The notes under the pieces were generated by a model. That model was not told the DNA's origin, ran no database searches, and was given only the letters and a program-made list of their open reading frames with translations. From contig NC_068981.1 of the NCBI RefSeq assembly GCF_001194135.2, positions 78,892,147-78,956,146 of the forward strand: a stretch of 64,000 bases of DNA, in the 5' to 3' direction. Origin of the DNA: Octopus bimaculoides. Taxonomy: Eukaryota. Made by a program: the position numbers and the translations under genes. Shown piece after piece: positions 49,369-61,000 of this stretch. Within the stretch, counting starts at the first letter, position 1. Every line of letters starts with the position of its first letter.

Positions 49369-50738
49369 TTAGAGAGAGATGGGGTTATAATATGTATAGG
49401 TACATAAGATCCCATTGATCATTCGTATACATGCATGTGTGTTGCAATTTTCCGTATTGCCCCGCTACCTTATTTTCGTGCACTATCGCTTCGTCACCAT
49501 TCCATTAGTTTATTTTAGCTGATGTGATCTCAGAAAGAAACAAACTCCCATCACACACACACAACACATGAGAAGACATAGTGAATGACCATGATGATGA
49601 TAATTACTATCATCATTATTATCATTATGACGATGAGCTAAAGAAATAATAGTTATTATTACTATTATAATGATGATGACAATGGAACTTGGAACTACGA
49701 CGAGGACAAGGTAAAGCAGATACAAATCAAAACTGTTTTTATGTTTTGCTTTGTGTTGTTGGCCGCTACCAAACACAAGCAACACATCAAAACAATAAAA
49801 TCGAAACCGTGATTATTTCTTCATAACAGCTATCTTATGGCTTGTATGCGTGTGTTGGTGATTAAAATATTTCCTGTGATCGTTGTTATTTGGCTGTTCT
49901 GAGTTTTGCCTTAAGTTTCAGTGCCGTGATGGCCATAATGGTTAACACACCTCGTCTCCCATCTTCACACATGTCTGTTACCTATATATGCGTGTATGCA
50001 TATTAAATAAATAAATAATGCTATACATACGAGTAAATTGTGCGCGCGGATATATATATATGTATGCGAATAGTATGACTATAAGTGAATTCATACATCC
50101 ATACATGTTTATTATATAAATGTGATAGGGTGTATATGTACAAATACGCTTGTTGTATGCATGGAACTACATAAAATGTTTTCAGAGCTTGGAAAATGTC
50201 ATCAAGTTGACCAAAACACAGACAGACATATATATATATTTGCAGAAATGAAGAGCCATGGAGAGAGGGGGGTAGCTAGTTACGAAGAAACAAACATCAA
50301 CAACCAGATAAACACATTCGATTAAGAGCGAAAGGGTTAAATCGATTAAATAGGGAGATATCAATTAAGATTCAGAGTACGTGTCGTTAAGGTAGATAGA
50401 TAGAGAGAGAAATAGATAGATAGGTAGAAAGATAGATAGATAGACACGCGTATATACATATATGCACATACAAGAATATATACTGACATATATGCATATA
50501 CATACACACACACACACCTATACTTATATGTGTGTATATAGGTAGACAGCTATAGGATATGCATATTCTTTTATGAAAGTAATAGTTAAGATAAACGTGT
50601 GTCAAGGAGTGTCAGAGCAAGAAAGACAGGTACATACATGGATACAAAGAAAGAAACAACTTAAGTGAGAGAAGGAAAGAAGAGCAAAAAGTAAGCATGT
50701 ATGTGCATACATATGTACACGTATATATGCATGCACAC

Positions 50739-50772
<34 letters not shown>

Positions 50773-50906
50773 GCAGAGGGAAAGAGTAAGAAACAGAGTG
50801 TGAAGAAGTGAAGAGAGAAGGAAGGAAAAGACAAGAGACAGAAACCTGCAAAAGCGGGAGAAGAAAGATATATATAGAGAATGAGAGATAAAAAGCAGGT
50901 CCTTAC

Positions 50907-50930
50907 CTCATAGATACAGCTTGCCGCCAT
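50907..50930 (-). CDS. First coding exon of an unidentified host gene (MAASCIYE); exon 50907-50933 including 3 nt of UTR
   Basis: Acceptor GTGTATTTTATAG|GCT, start context GCTATGG and donor GAG|GTAAGG. Phase 0 matches the next exon. Confidence 0.8.
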
Positions 50931-51298
50931 AGCCTATAAAATACACCATAACAAGAGACAGGAGGAAGTATCGGGCTAAAAAAAAAGACCAACTTAAAGC
51001 TTTCCCCGAATGTTTCACTTCTTGTTCTCTTTTTTTATGGTTGTTGTTGTTCCTGTCGTCGTCGTCGTCATTATCATCGACGCTGTTATTATTAGCTTTG
51101 ATTATTACTTGTCTATGATCCTTCTGTATCTGTGTCTTCTTTCATTTTCTTGATTTTTAAAAAAATTATTTTCACATATACGATTTATAATCAATATTTA
51201 CGACTTTTTTCTTTTCTTTTTTTTCTGTTTGGGAAGGGGAATGTTTTGTTCAGCTATGTCTAAGTGTTTTCTTAAATCCTTACTTTTGCTTTCCTTAC

Positions 51299-51314
51299 TA
51301 GAAGCGATCGCCAG

Positions 51315-51354
<40 letters not shown>

Positions 51355-51800
51355 CCACGTATAGTAAGAAGGAAGAAAACTTTAAAGTTTGATATATAAT
51401 ATATATCTAATTTATATGAGAGCGTGTGTGTAATAAAGTCGTCGATTCAAGGGGAGAAAAGTGTTGAGAGAGAACACATCGGGCAATATTAAATCCAGGA
51501 ATTGATGAAGGAAAGAAGGAATGAGGTAAAGGAGAAGAGGAAGAAGTAAGAGAAGTAGGATGAGGCGAGCGAGACAAGGGGAAAGGGACGGAGTGAGTTA
51601 GCTTGAATCGCATACGCGCTTGCTTATATACGCGCGCTCGTTATACATACATTTATATAAAAGTATATACATATGTATGTATATATGAGAATGCGTGGGG
51701 AGAACGCGGACATTGTCACACATATGATCGATTTACATTAAGGGTCTTTCTTGATGTATTTATTTTATCAATATTAAGCAAGCACTCATTTTTGTGTGAC
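51299..51800 (-). promoter_or_regulatory. Probable promoter / 5'-UTR exon of the minus-strand gene
   Basis: CGCG-rich stretch and a pyrimidine-rich minus strand at 51480-51600. Two tandem GTAAGG donors (exon ends 51299 or 51284) lie upstream of the ATG exon. Confidence 0.5.
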
Positions 51801-52329
51801 GCGCGTCTATCAGTGTGTTCTTTCATTTATTCCATTCACATCTAAGAAAACATTATAGAAACATGAAACCCACACCAGACTTGTAATCGACTGGTGTGGG
51901 TTACTTTATTTTTAATGACACCGAGAAAGATAAAAAACAAAGTTGACCTCAGCGTGATTTGAACTTAGTACATAAAGGGACTCTAATTAATAATTGCTGA
52001 CAGGCATTTTGTCTGACGCTCAGATGAATCTGTTAGTCCCCCCCCCACCTTAATATAACTGTGTACGCATTCGCCGTTATATCATGTCCATAAAGATGAT
52101 TTTTAAAAACCAGATCCACTCCTTCCATGCCATATTTCATGTTTTCTTTATAATTTCAATTGATTGATCTTACGGCAGTTATCTCTCATGTCCTGTTTTT
52201 AGATTTATACAGCCTTAGAAGGAATTTGTCAGCTATTTGCGAGACGCTTTATCTATTTGAACTTATTCTGCAGAACTCTGCCAGGTATTTTTTTTCAGCC
52301 GGTTGTTGACATTCATGAACAGTATATCT

Positions 52330-52945
52330 TATTTTTCTTATGTTTTACTTGTTCCAGTCATTAGACTGCGATCATGCGAATCGACACCAGTATTTTTTTT
52401 AAAGCCTGGTACTTATTCTATCGGTTCTTTGTTACCAAACCGCTAAGTTACCCGGACGTAAACACACTAACACCGGTTGTCAAGTGGTGTTGGGGACAAA
52501 CAGACACAAAATCATGCATACACACACACACATACATGTATATAAGACGGACTTTCAGTTTCCATCTATAAAATCCACTCGCATATAGAGAGAGAGAGAG
52601 AGAGAGAGAGGTAGTAAACATAGGCTCGGGATCAGGGGTGCAAGCACACACCTTAAAATTGGTTGTGGGGCAATGAAAATGCTTTGAACATCTACATTCA
52701 AGACAAATGAGCAAAGATACGTTTTGGGGACTGATTTGAAGCATTACTTTTCCATTATTGGATTTATCAGATTTGATTGATGTAATAATGATATAATGAT
52801 AACTATTATTATTATTATTATTATTATTATAAAATCCACTCGCAAGGCTATAGCAAAAGACACCCAAGGTGCCTTGCAGTGAGAGTGAACCCAGAACCAT
52901 GTAGCTAGGAAGCAAACTTCTTACCTCGCAGCCACATCTGCAGAT
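52330..52945 (-). mobile_element. SINE family B copy interrupted by a 244-bp insertion
   Basis: 3' half at 52330-52583 and 5' half at 52828-52945 (AAAATCCACTCGCAAGGCT...GAAGCAAACTTCTTACC..GCAGCCACA). Confidence 0.85.
52584..52827 (+). repeat. Exact copy of ~54110-54355 inserted into a SINE, flanked by a 17-bp direct repeat
   Basis: (GA)n-GTAGTAAACATAGGCTCGGG...ATGATAAC-(TAT)n is identical in both places. TATAAAATCCACTCGCA lies at 52567-52583 and 52828-52844. Confidence 0.95.
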
Positions 52946-53184
52946 GTGGCTACACACACACACACACACACACACACATCTATAAAACATTAAGCCCTTT
53001 ATGGATATGCAACCATTGGTCACTCTATGACCAGACATATACTTAACTGCATATATATATATATATATATATATAATGTTTTATAGATGTGAAATCATTG
53101 GTCACATTATAAATACATTACTGCTCTATTCTTTAGATTATGCTTCTTTTTCAAATATATGATATATAGATGATTACATATATA

Positions 53185-53515
53185 TCATCATCATCATCAT
53201 CATCGTCGTCGTTTAACGTCCGCTTTCCATGCTAGCATGGGTTGGACGATTTGACTGAGGACTGGTGAAACCAGATGGCTACACCAGGCTCCAATCTGAT
53301 TTGGCAGAGTTACTACAGCTGGATGCCCTTCCTAACGCCAACCACTCAGAGAATGTAGAGGGTGCTTTTACGTGCCACCGGCACGAAGGCCAGTCAGGCG
53401 GTACTGGCAACGGCCACGCTCAAATTGGTGTATTTTATGTGCCACCCGCACAAGAGCCAGTCCAGGGGCACTGGCAACGATCTCGCTCGAAAGTCCTTAG
53501 ACATGCCGCGGGCAC
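53185..53515 (-). mobile_element. Young SINE family D copy
   Basis: CATCATCGTCGTCGTTTAACGTCCGCTTTCCATGCTAGCATGGGTTGGACG...GGATGCCCTTCCTAACGCCAACCAC...TTTTACGTGCCACCGGCACG, with CpGs intact. Confidence 0.9.
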
Positions 53516-53564
53516 ACACATATATATATATATGTATGTATATATATATGAAATTTGCTGATAC

Positions 53565-53740
53565 TACAGGTGTGGCTCTTGTAAGAAGTTTGCTTCCCAA
53601 TCACATAGTTCTGAGTTCACTTCACTACATGGCAACTTGGGCAAGTGTCTTCTACCATAGCCTCGGGCCAACCAAATATTCATATATAAAGGAGGTGACC
53701 CCCAGCACAACTGCAGTCCAATGAATGAAACAAGTAAAAA
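53565..53740 (+). mobile_element. SINE family B, internally deleted
   Basis: GGTGTGGCTCTTGTAAGAAGTTTGCTTCCCAATCACA...GGGCAAGTGTCTTCTACCATAGCCTCGGGCC...GAAACAAGTAAAA. Confidence 0.75.
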
Positions 53741-54074
53741 ATAAAGATATATATATATATTACATACACACACATATACATATCATATGTATATGTGTGT
53801 GTATGCATGTTAAAAGTAAAAGCCTGCCTTGGATACAACCGAAGCTTATCCTCATTTCTGTAGCATTTCAAATATGATTAAGAGTACAAGACTCGCACTC
53901 CACCTTGAACAGCACATCAGTCCATTGATGGATTAGTATTATTTGTAAATGGTACATGCTTTCAGTGAAATGAAGAGTCTTCGTCAAGGACACAATTGCA
54001 TCACTCAGCCCATTAAGCTTCCCAGTAACCATGACCTAAAGATCATGAGCCTAGCACCCAAGCAACCAGTCCTT

Positions 54075-54137
<63 letters not shown>

Positions 54138-54355
54138 GTAGTAAACATAGGCTCGGGATCAGGGGTGCAAGCACACACCTTAAAATTGGTTGTGGGGCAA
54201 TGAAAATGCTTTGAACATCTACATTCAAGACAAATGAGCAAAGATACGTTTTGGGGACTGATTTGAAGCATTACTTTTCCATTATTGGATTTATCAGATT
54301 TGATTGATGTAATAATGATATAATGATAACTATTATTATTATTATTATTATTATT

Positions 54356-54825
54356 AAGGTAGTGAGCTGGCAGAATGGTTCACATGTTGGATGAAATACT
54401 TAGCAGTATTTCACCCATCACTACGTTCTTAGTTCAAATTCTGCTGAGGTCAACTTTGCCTTTCATCCTTTCAGGATTGATAAATTAAGTACTAGTGAAA
54501 CACTGGGGTTGATGTATTTGACTAGTCTCCTCCCCACAAATTTGAGTCCTTGTGCCTCCAGTAGAAAGGATTATTATTATTATTATTATTATCATGCCTA
54601 AGATGGTAAGCTGGTATAATCTATAGCATGCATGGCAAAATGCTTAGTGGCATTTTGTCTTTCCTTGCGTTCTGGGTTCAAATTTTGCTGAGGTTGACTT
54701 TGCCTTTCATCCTTTCAGTGTCAATAAAATAAGTACCAGTCGAACACTGGGGTTGATGTAATCAACTGAGCTCCATCTCAAAACTTGCTGGCCTTGGACC
54801 AAAATTTGAAACTATCCTTATTATT
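54356..54825 (+). mobile_element. Two tandem SINE family A copies separated by (ATT)n
   Basis: GAGCTGGCAGAATGG...GTTCAAATTCTGCTGAGGTCAACTTTGCCTTTCATCCTTTC...GTAGAAAGGATTATTATT, then a second copy. Confidence 0.87.
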
Positions 54826-55120
54826 ATACCTGTGTTTGTTTTGATATTAAAATTGAAAAAATTGACCTTGTTTCTAAAACATTTTGGACATGGGTTTGAC
54901 CCCATTAGGCAAATTTTATTACTGCATTTATGATAGTAAGGTAGATAAACATCATTAGGCTTGGAACACAAAATTCAAATTACAAAATAAAGAAAAAACT
55001 AAACAAAAGAGAAGAATTATGAAAAGTTTCACTTTAATATCTGTTTCAAGATGGCCATAACTTACATAATAACCATATTCACAATATGTACATTATGTCA
55101 TGGGTATGCATCCCACGACA

Positions 55121-55483
55121 AGTGGAGGCGCAATGGCCCAGTGGTTAGGGCAGCAGACTCGCGGTTTCCATTCCCAGACCGGGAGTTGTGAGTGTTTATT
55201 GAGCGAAAACACCTAAAGTTCCACAAGGCTCCGGTAGGGGATGGTGGTGAACCCTGCTGTACTCTTTCACCACAACTTTCACTCACTCTTTCTTCCTGTT
55301 TCTGTTGTACCTGTAATTCAAAGGGTCAGCCTTGTCACACTCTGTGTCACGCTGAATCTCCCCGAGAACTACATTAAGGGTACACGTGTCTGTGGAGTGC
55401 TCAGCCACTTGCACGTTAATTTCACGAACAGGCTGTTCCGTTGATCGGATCAACTGGAACCCTCGTCATCATAACCGACAGAG
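55121..55483 (+). mobile_element. SINE family C copy, essentially tail-less, with a 14-bp TSD
   Basis: Homologous to 21489-21880. TGCATC(C/A)CACGACA lies at 55107-55120 and 55484-55497. Confidence 0.9.
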
Positions 55484-55844
55484 TGCATCACACGACATGT
55501 CTCGATGAAATTGTTAAAGTAAGTTAGGTGTCCCGCTTCAAGAGTAGTTGGTAGAAAGTTACATCAGGGTTTCGAATGCCAACAGTTTCATGCATGGCAG
55601 TTATTAGACTTACAGTTTGGCAAGTACTATGGGTGAAACACTTGGTCTGTGAATTACTCTTGTAACTTACTGCTAATTAAATATAATATATAAGCCCTAC
55701 ACATTTTTTTTCTCTCTTCGTTTTTTCATCCTCTCTGCATTTTTTTCCCTCTCATCCCTTTCTGTCAAAGAGCATAAGCTCAAAATGTCAAAAAAACTTT
55801 TCCATTCTTCCTGAGTGTCAAACTAATACACCTGCTTATATACA

Positions 55845-56045
55845 AGGAGGAGCTAAAAAGGGGATCACAAAAAGCCTTATTGGAAGCCCAACTTTCTGAG
55901 TTCTTTTACAGGGCTTAGAAGATCTGAAGGACCACTGCAATAAGTGTGTGAATCTGAGAGAGGAATATGCTCAATAAAGTCATAATGAACCGATCCTCCT
56001 GTATTTTCTTTTACCCAAAGCCAGGAACTTTTCAGCACCCCCTCA
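55845..56045 (+). mobile_element. mariner 3' end with TIR
   Basis: FYRA/GLEDLKDHCNKCVNLREEYAQ*-like C-terminus, then CCAGGAACTTTTCAGCACCCCCTCA|TA. Confidence 0.65.
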
Positions 56046-57034
56046 TATATATTATCATCATCATCATCATCATAATCATGAACATGCTGGCATGACCTGG
56101 ATGGTTCCACAGGAACAGCATATGAGAAGACTGCACCAATCCCTACTTTCTGCTTTGGTATGGTTTCCACAGCTGAATGTCCTTCCTAACAGTCAAAACT
56201 TTGCTATGTATGTATGTATGTATATAAAGAGCATCATCACTCATCATCATTTTAACATTCACATTTTCATACTACATATATTTCCATATACATATCAATC
56301 AAACAATACTGTGTTATAGATACATTATAGCTGATCTTATTAATCAGTTTCACACCAGGTATTATATAACTGGATATTATATAACAGGGTGGCTATCTAA
56401 CAAACATGCTCTTCATCTCATGCTAAACTGATCAGTAAGATTGGCTGTAATGGATCTATAATATTGTATAATTGATTAATATACAGTATTAACAAATATG
56501 TTAAAATATGAGTACCTTTTTTTCAAACCTATGGATTCTTTGCTGATTATATCTGTAGATAGGTATGTATGTATGTATGCATATTTGTATGTATGTATGT
56601 ATGTTGTTACCTTTTACTTGTTTCAGCTATTGGACTGCACCCGTGCTGCAACACTGCCTTAAAGAGTTACGTCAAACAAATCAACCCTTCAACTCCAGGA
56701 ATTAGATAGTTTTTTTAAAGTTTTGCACTGATTGTGTCAGTCTATTTGATTGAACTGTTAAGTTAAGGGTATGGAAACAAACCATCTTAAGTTGACAGCA
56801 CTAGGGGACAAACACAAAGACACACTCATACATCACCCATACACACACATGCATACACATCCACACACACCAGTATATTTATACACACATTATATATGTA
56901 TGTGTGAGTGTGTGTATACATATATATATTCATATACTTACATATATATAGATAGATTTATAGTATATGTATATATTTATATATATATCTCCACAGAGCG
57001 AACGTATGTATATATGTATATATATATATATACG

Positions 57035-57071
<37 letters not shown>

Positions 57072-57142
57072 ACTTGGGGATGGTCATATTGCCAGTTTAG
57101 CCAATAAAAACACACGCACTGTATATTTGGTGTTAATTTTTT

Positions 57143-57612
57143 NNNNNNNNNNNNNNNNNNNNNNNNNNNNNNNNNNNNNNNNNNNNNNNNNNNNNNNNNN
57201 NNNNNNNNNNNNNNNNNNNNNNNNNNNNNNNNNNNNNNNNNNNNNNNNNNNNNNNNNNNNNNNNNNNNNNNNNNNNNNNNNNNNNNNNNNNNNNNNNNNN
57301 NNNNNNNNNNNNNNNNNNNNNNNNNNNNNNNNNNNNNNNNNNNNNNNNNNNNNNNNNNNNNNNNNNNNNNNNNNNNNNNNNNNNNNNNNNNNNNNNNNNN
57401 NNNNNNNNNNNNNNNNNNNNNNNNNNNNNNNNNNNNNNNNNNNNNNNNNNNNNNNNNNNNNNNNNNNNNNNNNNNNNNNNNNNNNNNNNNNNNNNNNNNN
57501 NNNNNNNNNNNNNNNNNNNNNNNNNNNNNNNNNNNNNNNNNNNNNNNNNNNNNNNNNNNNNNNNNNNNNNNNNNNNNNNNNNNNNNNNNNNNNNNNNNNN
57601 NNNNNNNNNNNN
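57143..57612. other. Assembly gap (N run)
   Basis: Run of n. Confidence 0.99.
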
Positions 57613-57696
<84 letters not shown>

Positions 57697-57717
57697 TATA
57701 ATGATGCTGATATATAT

Positions 57718-58023
57718 ATGCTGGTCCTCATGGAGGTAATGACCGAGACCTTTGGCATTATGTTGTGCTTGAGAAGACCCATCAAGCTGAGCAAAATCGC
57801 AGTCATGGAAGATACTGGTATCATGCAAATGGCACCCATGCCAGTGGCGTGTAAAAGCACCCATTACACTCTTGGAGTGGTTAGTGGTATGAAAGGCATC
57901 CATCCATAGAAAACCATGCCAAATCAGATTGGACGCAGCCTTCCAGTATGCCAGCCTCAGTCAAACCATCTATCCCATGCCACCATTGACAATGGGCATT
58001 AAATGATGATGATGATGATGATT
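57718..58023 (+). mobile_element. SINE family D copy whose (GAT)n tail is the Helitron insertion site
   Basis: GACCGAGACCTTTGGCATTATG...TTAAATGATGATGATGATGATGATTA. Confidence 0.85.
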
Positions 58024-58024
58024 A

Positions 58025-61000
58025 TCTATATATATAAAATGGAATTGCTGTCTGTTTGTCCGTCAAAATGAAAGTAAAGACAGCAAATCTGGAGTAGTTT
58101 CACCTTGGTTCAGATTTGAAACTGAATCTTTCAATTCTCCTTGTGCGTATTCAAACGTTAAAAGGAACCATGACAAATGGGTGTTCCACTTGACCTGTGA
58201 CCTTTTCAGCACCATCGCGAGTTCACTCACATTATGAGTGACCTGGATTCGATAAAACTATTGTTCTATATGACAGTGTCTGTTTGCTTGCTTGTCCATC
58301 AAAATGAATTTAAAAACTGCAAAAACTGTAGGGGTTGTCTCACCCTGGTTCAAATTCAAAACTCAATCTTTAAACTCTCCTTGGGCATACAGCCTATTCA
58401 AATGTCAAAAGGAACCATGACAAATGGGTGTTCCACTTCACCTGTGGCATTTTCAGTGCCATCACACAGTCACCTGGATTTGGTAAATCTATTGTTATAT
58501 ATGATGTAGCTATTTTTCTAGCTTGTCGGTTCAGAAATAGATATACAAACTCCTTTGAGATAGGCAGAGAGAATCCGATAGTGAAGCAAGATGCACGACA
58601 CACACAGACAGAACTTGACAGGGAAACAAAAACCATTGACACACCCACAAAAAGAAAATTCACATCAACAACATGCATTCCAACTTACAGATCTGCTTCA
58701 CTTTAACTGCCAACTGCTCCAGTTAAACTTCTCTATCACACAACACCTTGCTTTGCATTCCTGAAATATAGCATCAGAAATTCAGCACTGACACTGACAG
58801 GAGACAGCATTTGTAACTTCATTTGACTATTACATACTCATATTCTTTATTAAAAAAACGTCTCCTAAAAAAAGAGTGTCAAAAAATGAACACCAAAGAA
58901 ACACACAACATGCAGCAGAAAAGGAAGATGACAGGCATGCACAGCTTGCAGAGGATCAACAAAGAAAAAAAAAACTTGACATGCATCTGAAACTGAACAT
59001 CAAAGAAGTGCACAACTTGTAGATAGACAACAAAGAATGGCAGCTTGATGTGCAGCAGAAAATGAAGATCGAAGGAATGCACAAACATGCAGCAGAAAAT
59101 GGAAATGATAGATGTGCACAGCTTGCAGATGATTGACGAAGAAAGAAAGCATAACGCACATCTGAAACCAAACATCAAAGAAATGCATGACTTGCAGATA
59201 GCCAATAAAGAATGACAGCTCAACATGCAGTAGAAAACAATGACAAAAGAAATGCATGACTTGCAGTTGGTTGTCTTCGAAGAGCATCACATCATATGCA
59301 AGAAACACCACAAGAAACTGCCAATAGACATGAAAATGACCAGATCAGGCACAACGAAGGTAGGTCATGTCAGCAATGGTATCTTGCTGCTTTCAATTAC
59401 AACCCCAATCATTGCTATGAATCTGAAGTTGGCTCAATGTTATTACTCACCTGGGTTATGTTGCTGGAGGAGGAAAATTATGCTACCTTTCTTTCCTGAC
59501 CCTCTTGAAGAACTGAAAAAGTTTCTTCATGGAACATTTTCGAAGCATTTTCTACAAAAAATGCAATGCTATTATAATGCTATCTAAATGACTTCATTTG
59601 GAGCAAATATTGTGGATGAGGGAGGATTCATATCCACATTTAAAATCCAAGGGCAAGTATATCATTGAATTGGTAGTATTTTACCACTAGAAAATGAAGA
59701 CCATAAAGTTTATTTCATCAACAATATACAAAAACAAACTGAAACAAGGTATAATCTTAATGAAGGGCTTCACTTTGACATAATACAACAAATGCTTCAT
59801 AACAATAATAATTATATCAGGAGTTTCGAATGTATCCTTGATAATACACAATGCAGAAATTTTCAATTGGTGATCAATTCTGATGTAAGGCCCCCAACTG
59901 AGCATTCATGGCATTTCAATGCACCAGAAACTAATGGGGTTGTTATAATTTTAGCAGGTGAACAAACTGGAAAATGGGATATAATTATAAAGTGTAGAGA
60001 TTGTTCCATTCAACAGGTAAGTGATACACATCGCTCCTATGATGCTCTATGATGCTCTGCTTTTTCCATATGGAACAGATGGATATCACTTTGGTATTTC
60101 TCAGGCAGGAAGAAATTCTAGAAAAACTGTATTGTGTATGGATTCTTATGCATTTCATCTTATTCTTAGACCCTTCGGTTTTAATTTATTGCATTGAAGT
60201 AGGGATTTATTTCAACAATTTGTTGTTGACATGTATGCCAAGATTGAATCAGAAAGACTCACCTATGTAAGAACACACCAAAAAAGCTTTGGGTTGCTTC
60301 ATACATTCACTTACAGGGCAGCATAAATAATGATGGGTATGGAAATAATCTATGGCAATAGTGCATCCTTCCATCAAGCTTCACAGGTGGACCCCGCTAT
60401 ATGCATGAAAGAACATAAGATGGCATGACATATGTATGAAAATATATTAGACCAGATTAATTTATAACTTTTACATGTAACCCAAAATGGCCTGAAATAT
60501 ATGGCATTTTTCTTGATCAATGAGCATATCATAGACATTATCTCATAGCATAGGTTTTTCACTTAAAATTAAATAAGACGATGCACCTCTTTTCAAAATC
60601 GTATATCTTTGAGGAAGTTCACTGTTCCATGTATACAGTGGAATGGCAGAAAAGGGAATTACCTCATGCCCATATTTTACTTTGGCTATGCACAAAAATT
60701 AACTCAAATCAAATTGATTCTATAATTTCAGCTGAAATCCCTGATTCTGTCATTGATCGGACACTCTATGTCACTGTGATATCTCATATTATTCATGACC
60801 TTTGTGGTGTTCAAAGCCCTCAGTCACCATGCATGAAGGAAGGAAAATGCACAAAAAATTATCTAAATAATTTTATTTATCACGCTCAATTTGGTTATAA
60901 TGGATATCCCATGTACAGAAGAAGGAAAGCATAAGATGGATGAGAGCGAGCCAAAGTTGGAAATCGTGAAGTAGACAATCGATGGATAGTTTCTTATTGC

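Noticed and set aside
58879-59311. Cys/Phe-rich minus-strand ORFs
   Set aside because: They are antisense shadows of the repetitive Helitron N-terminal coding region.
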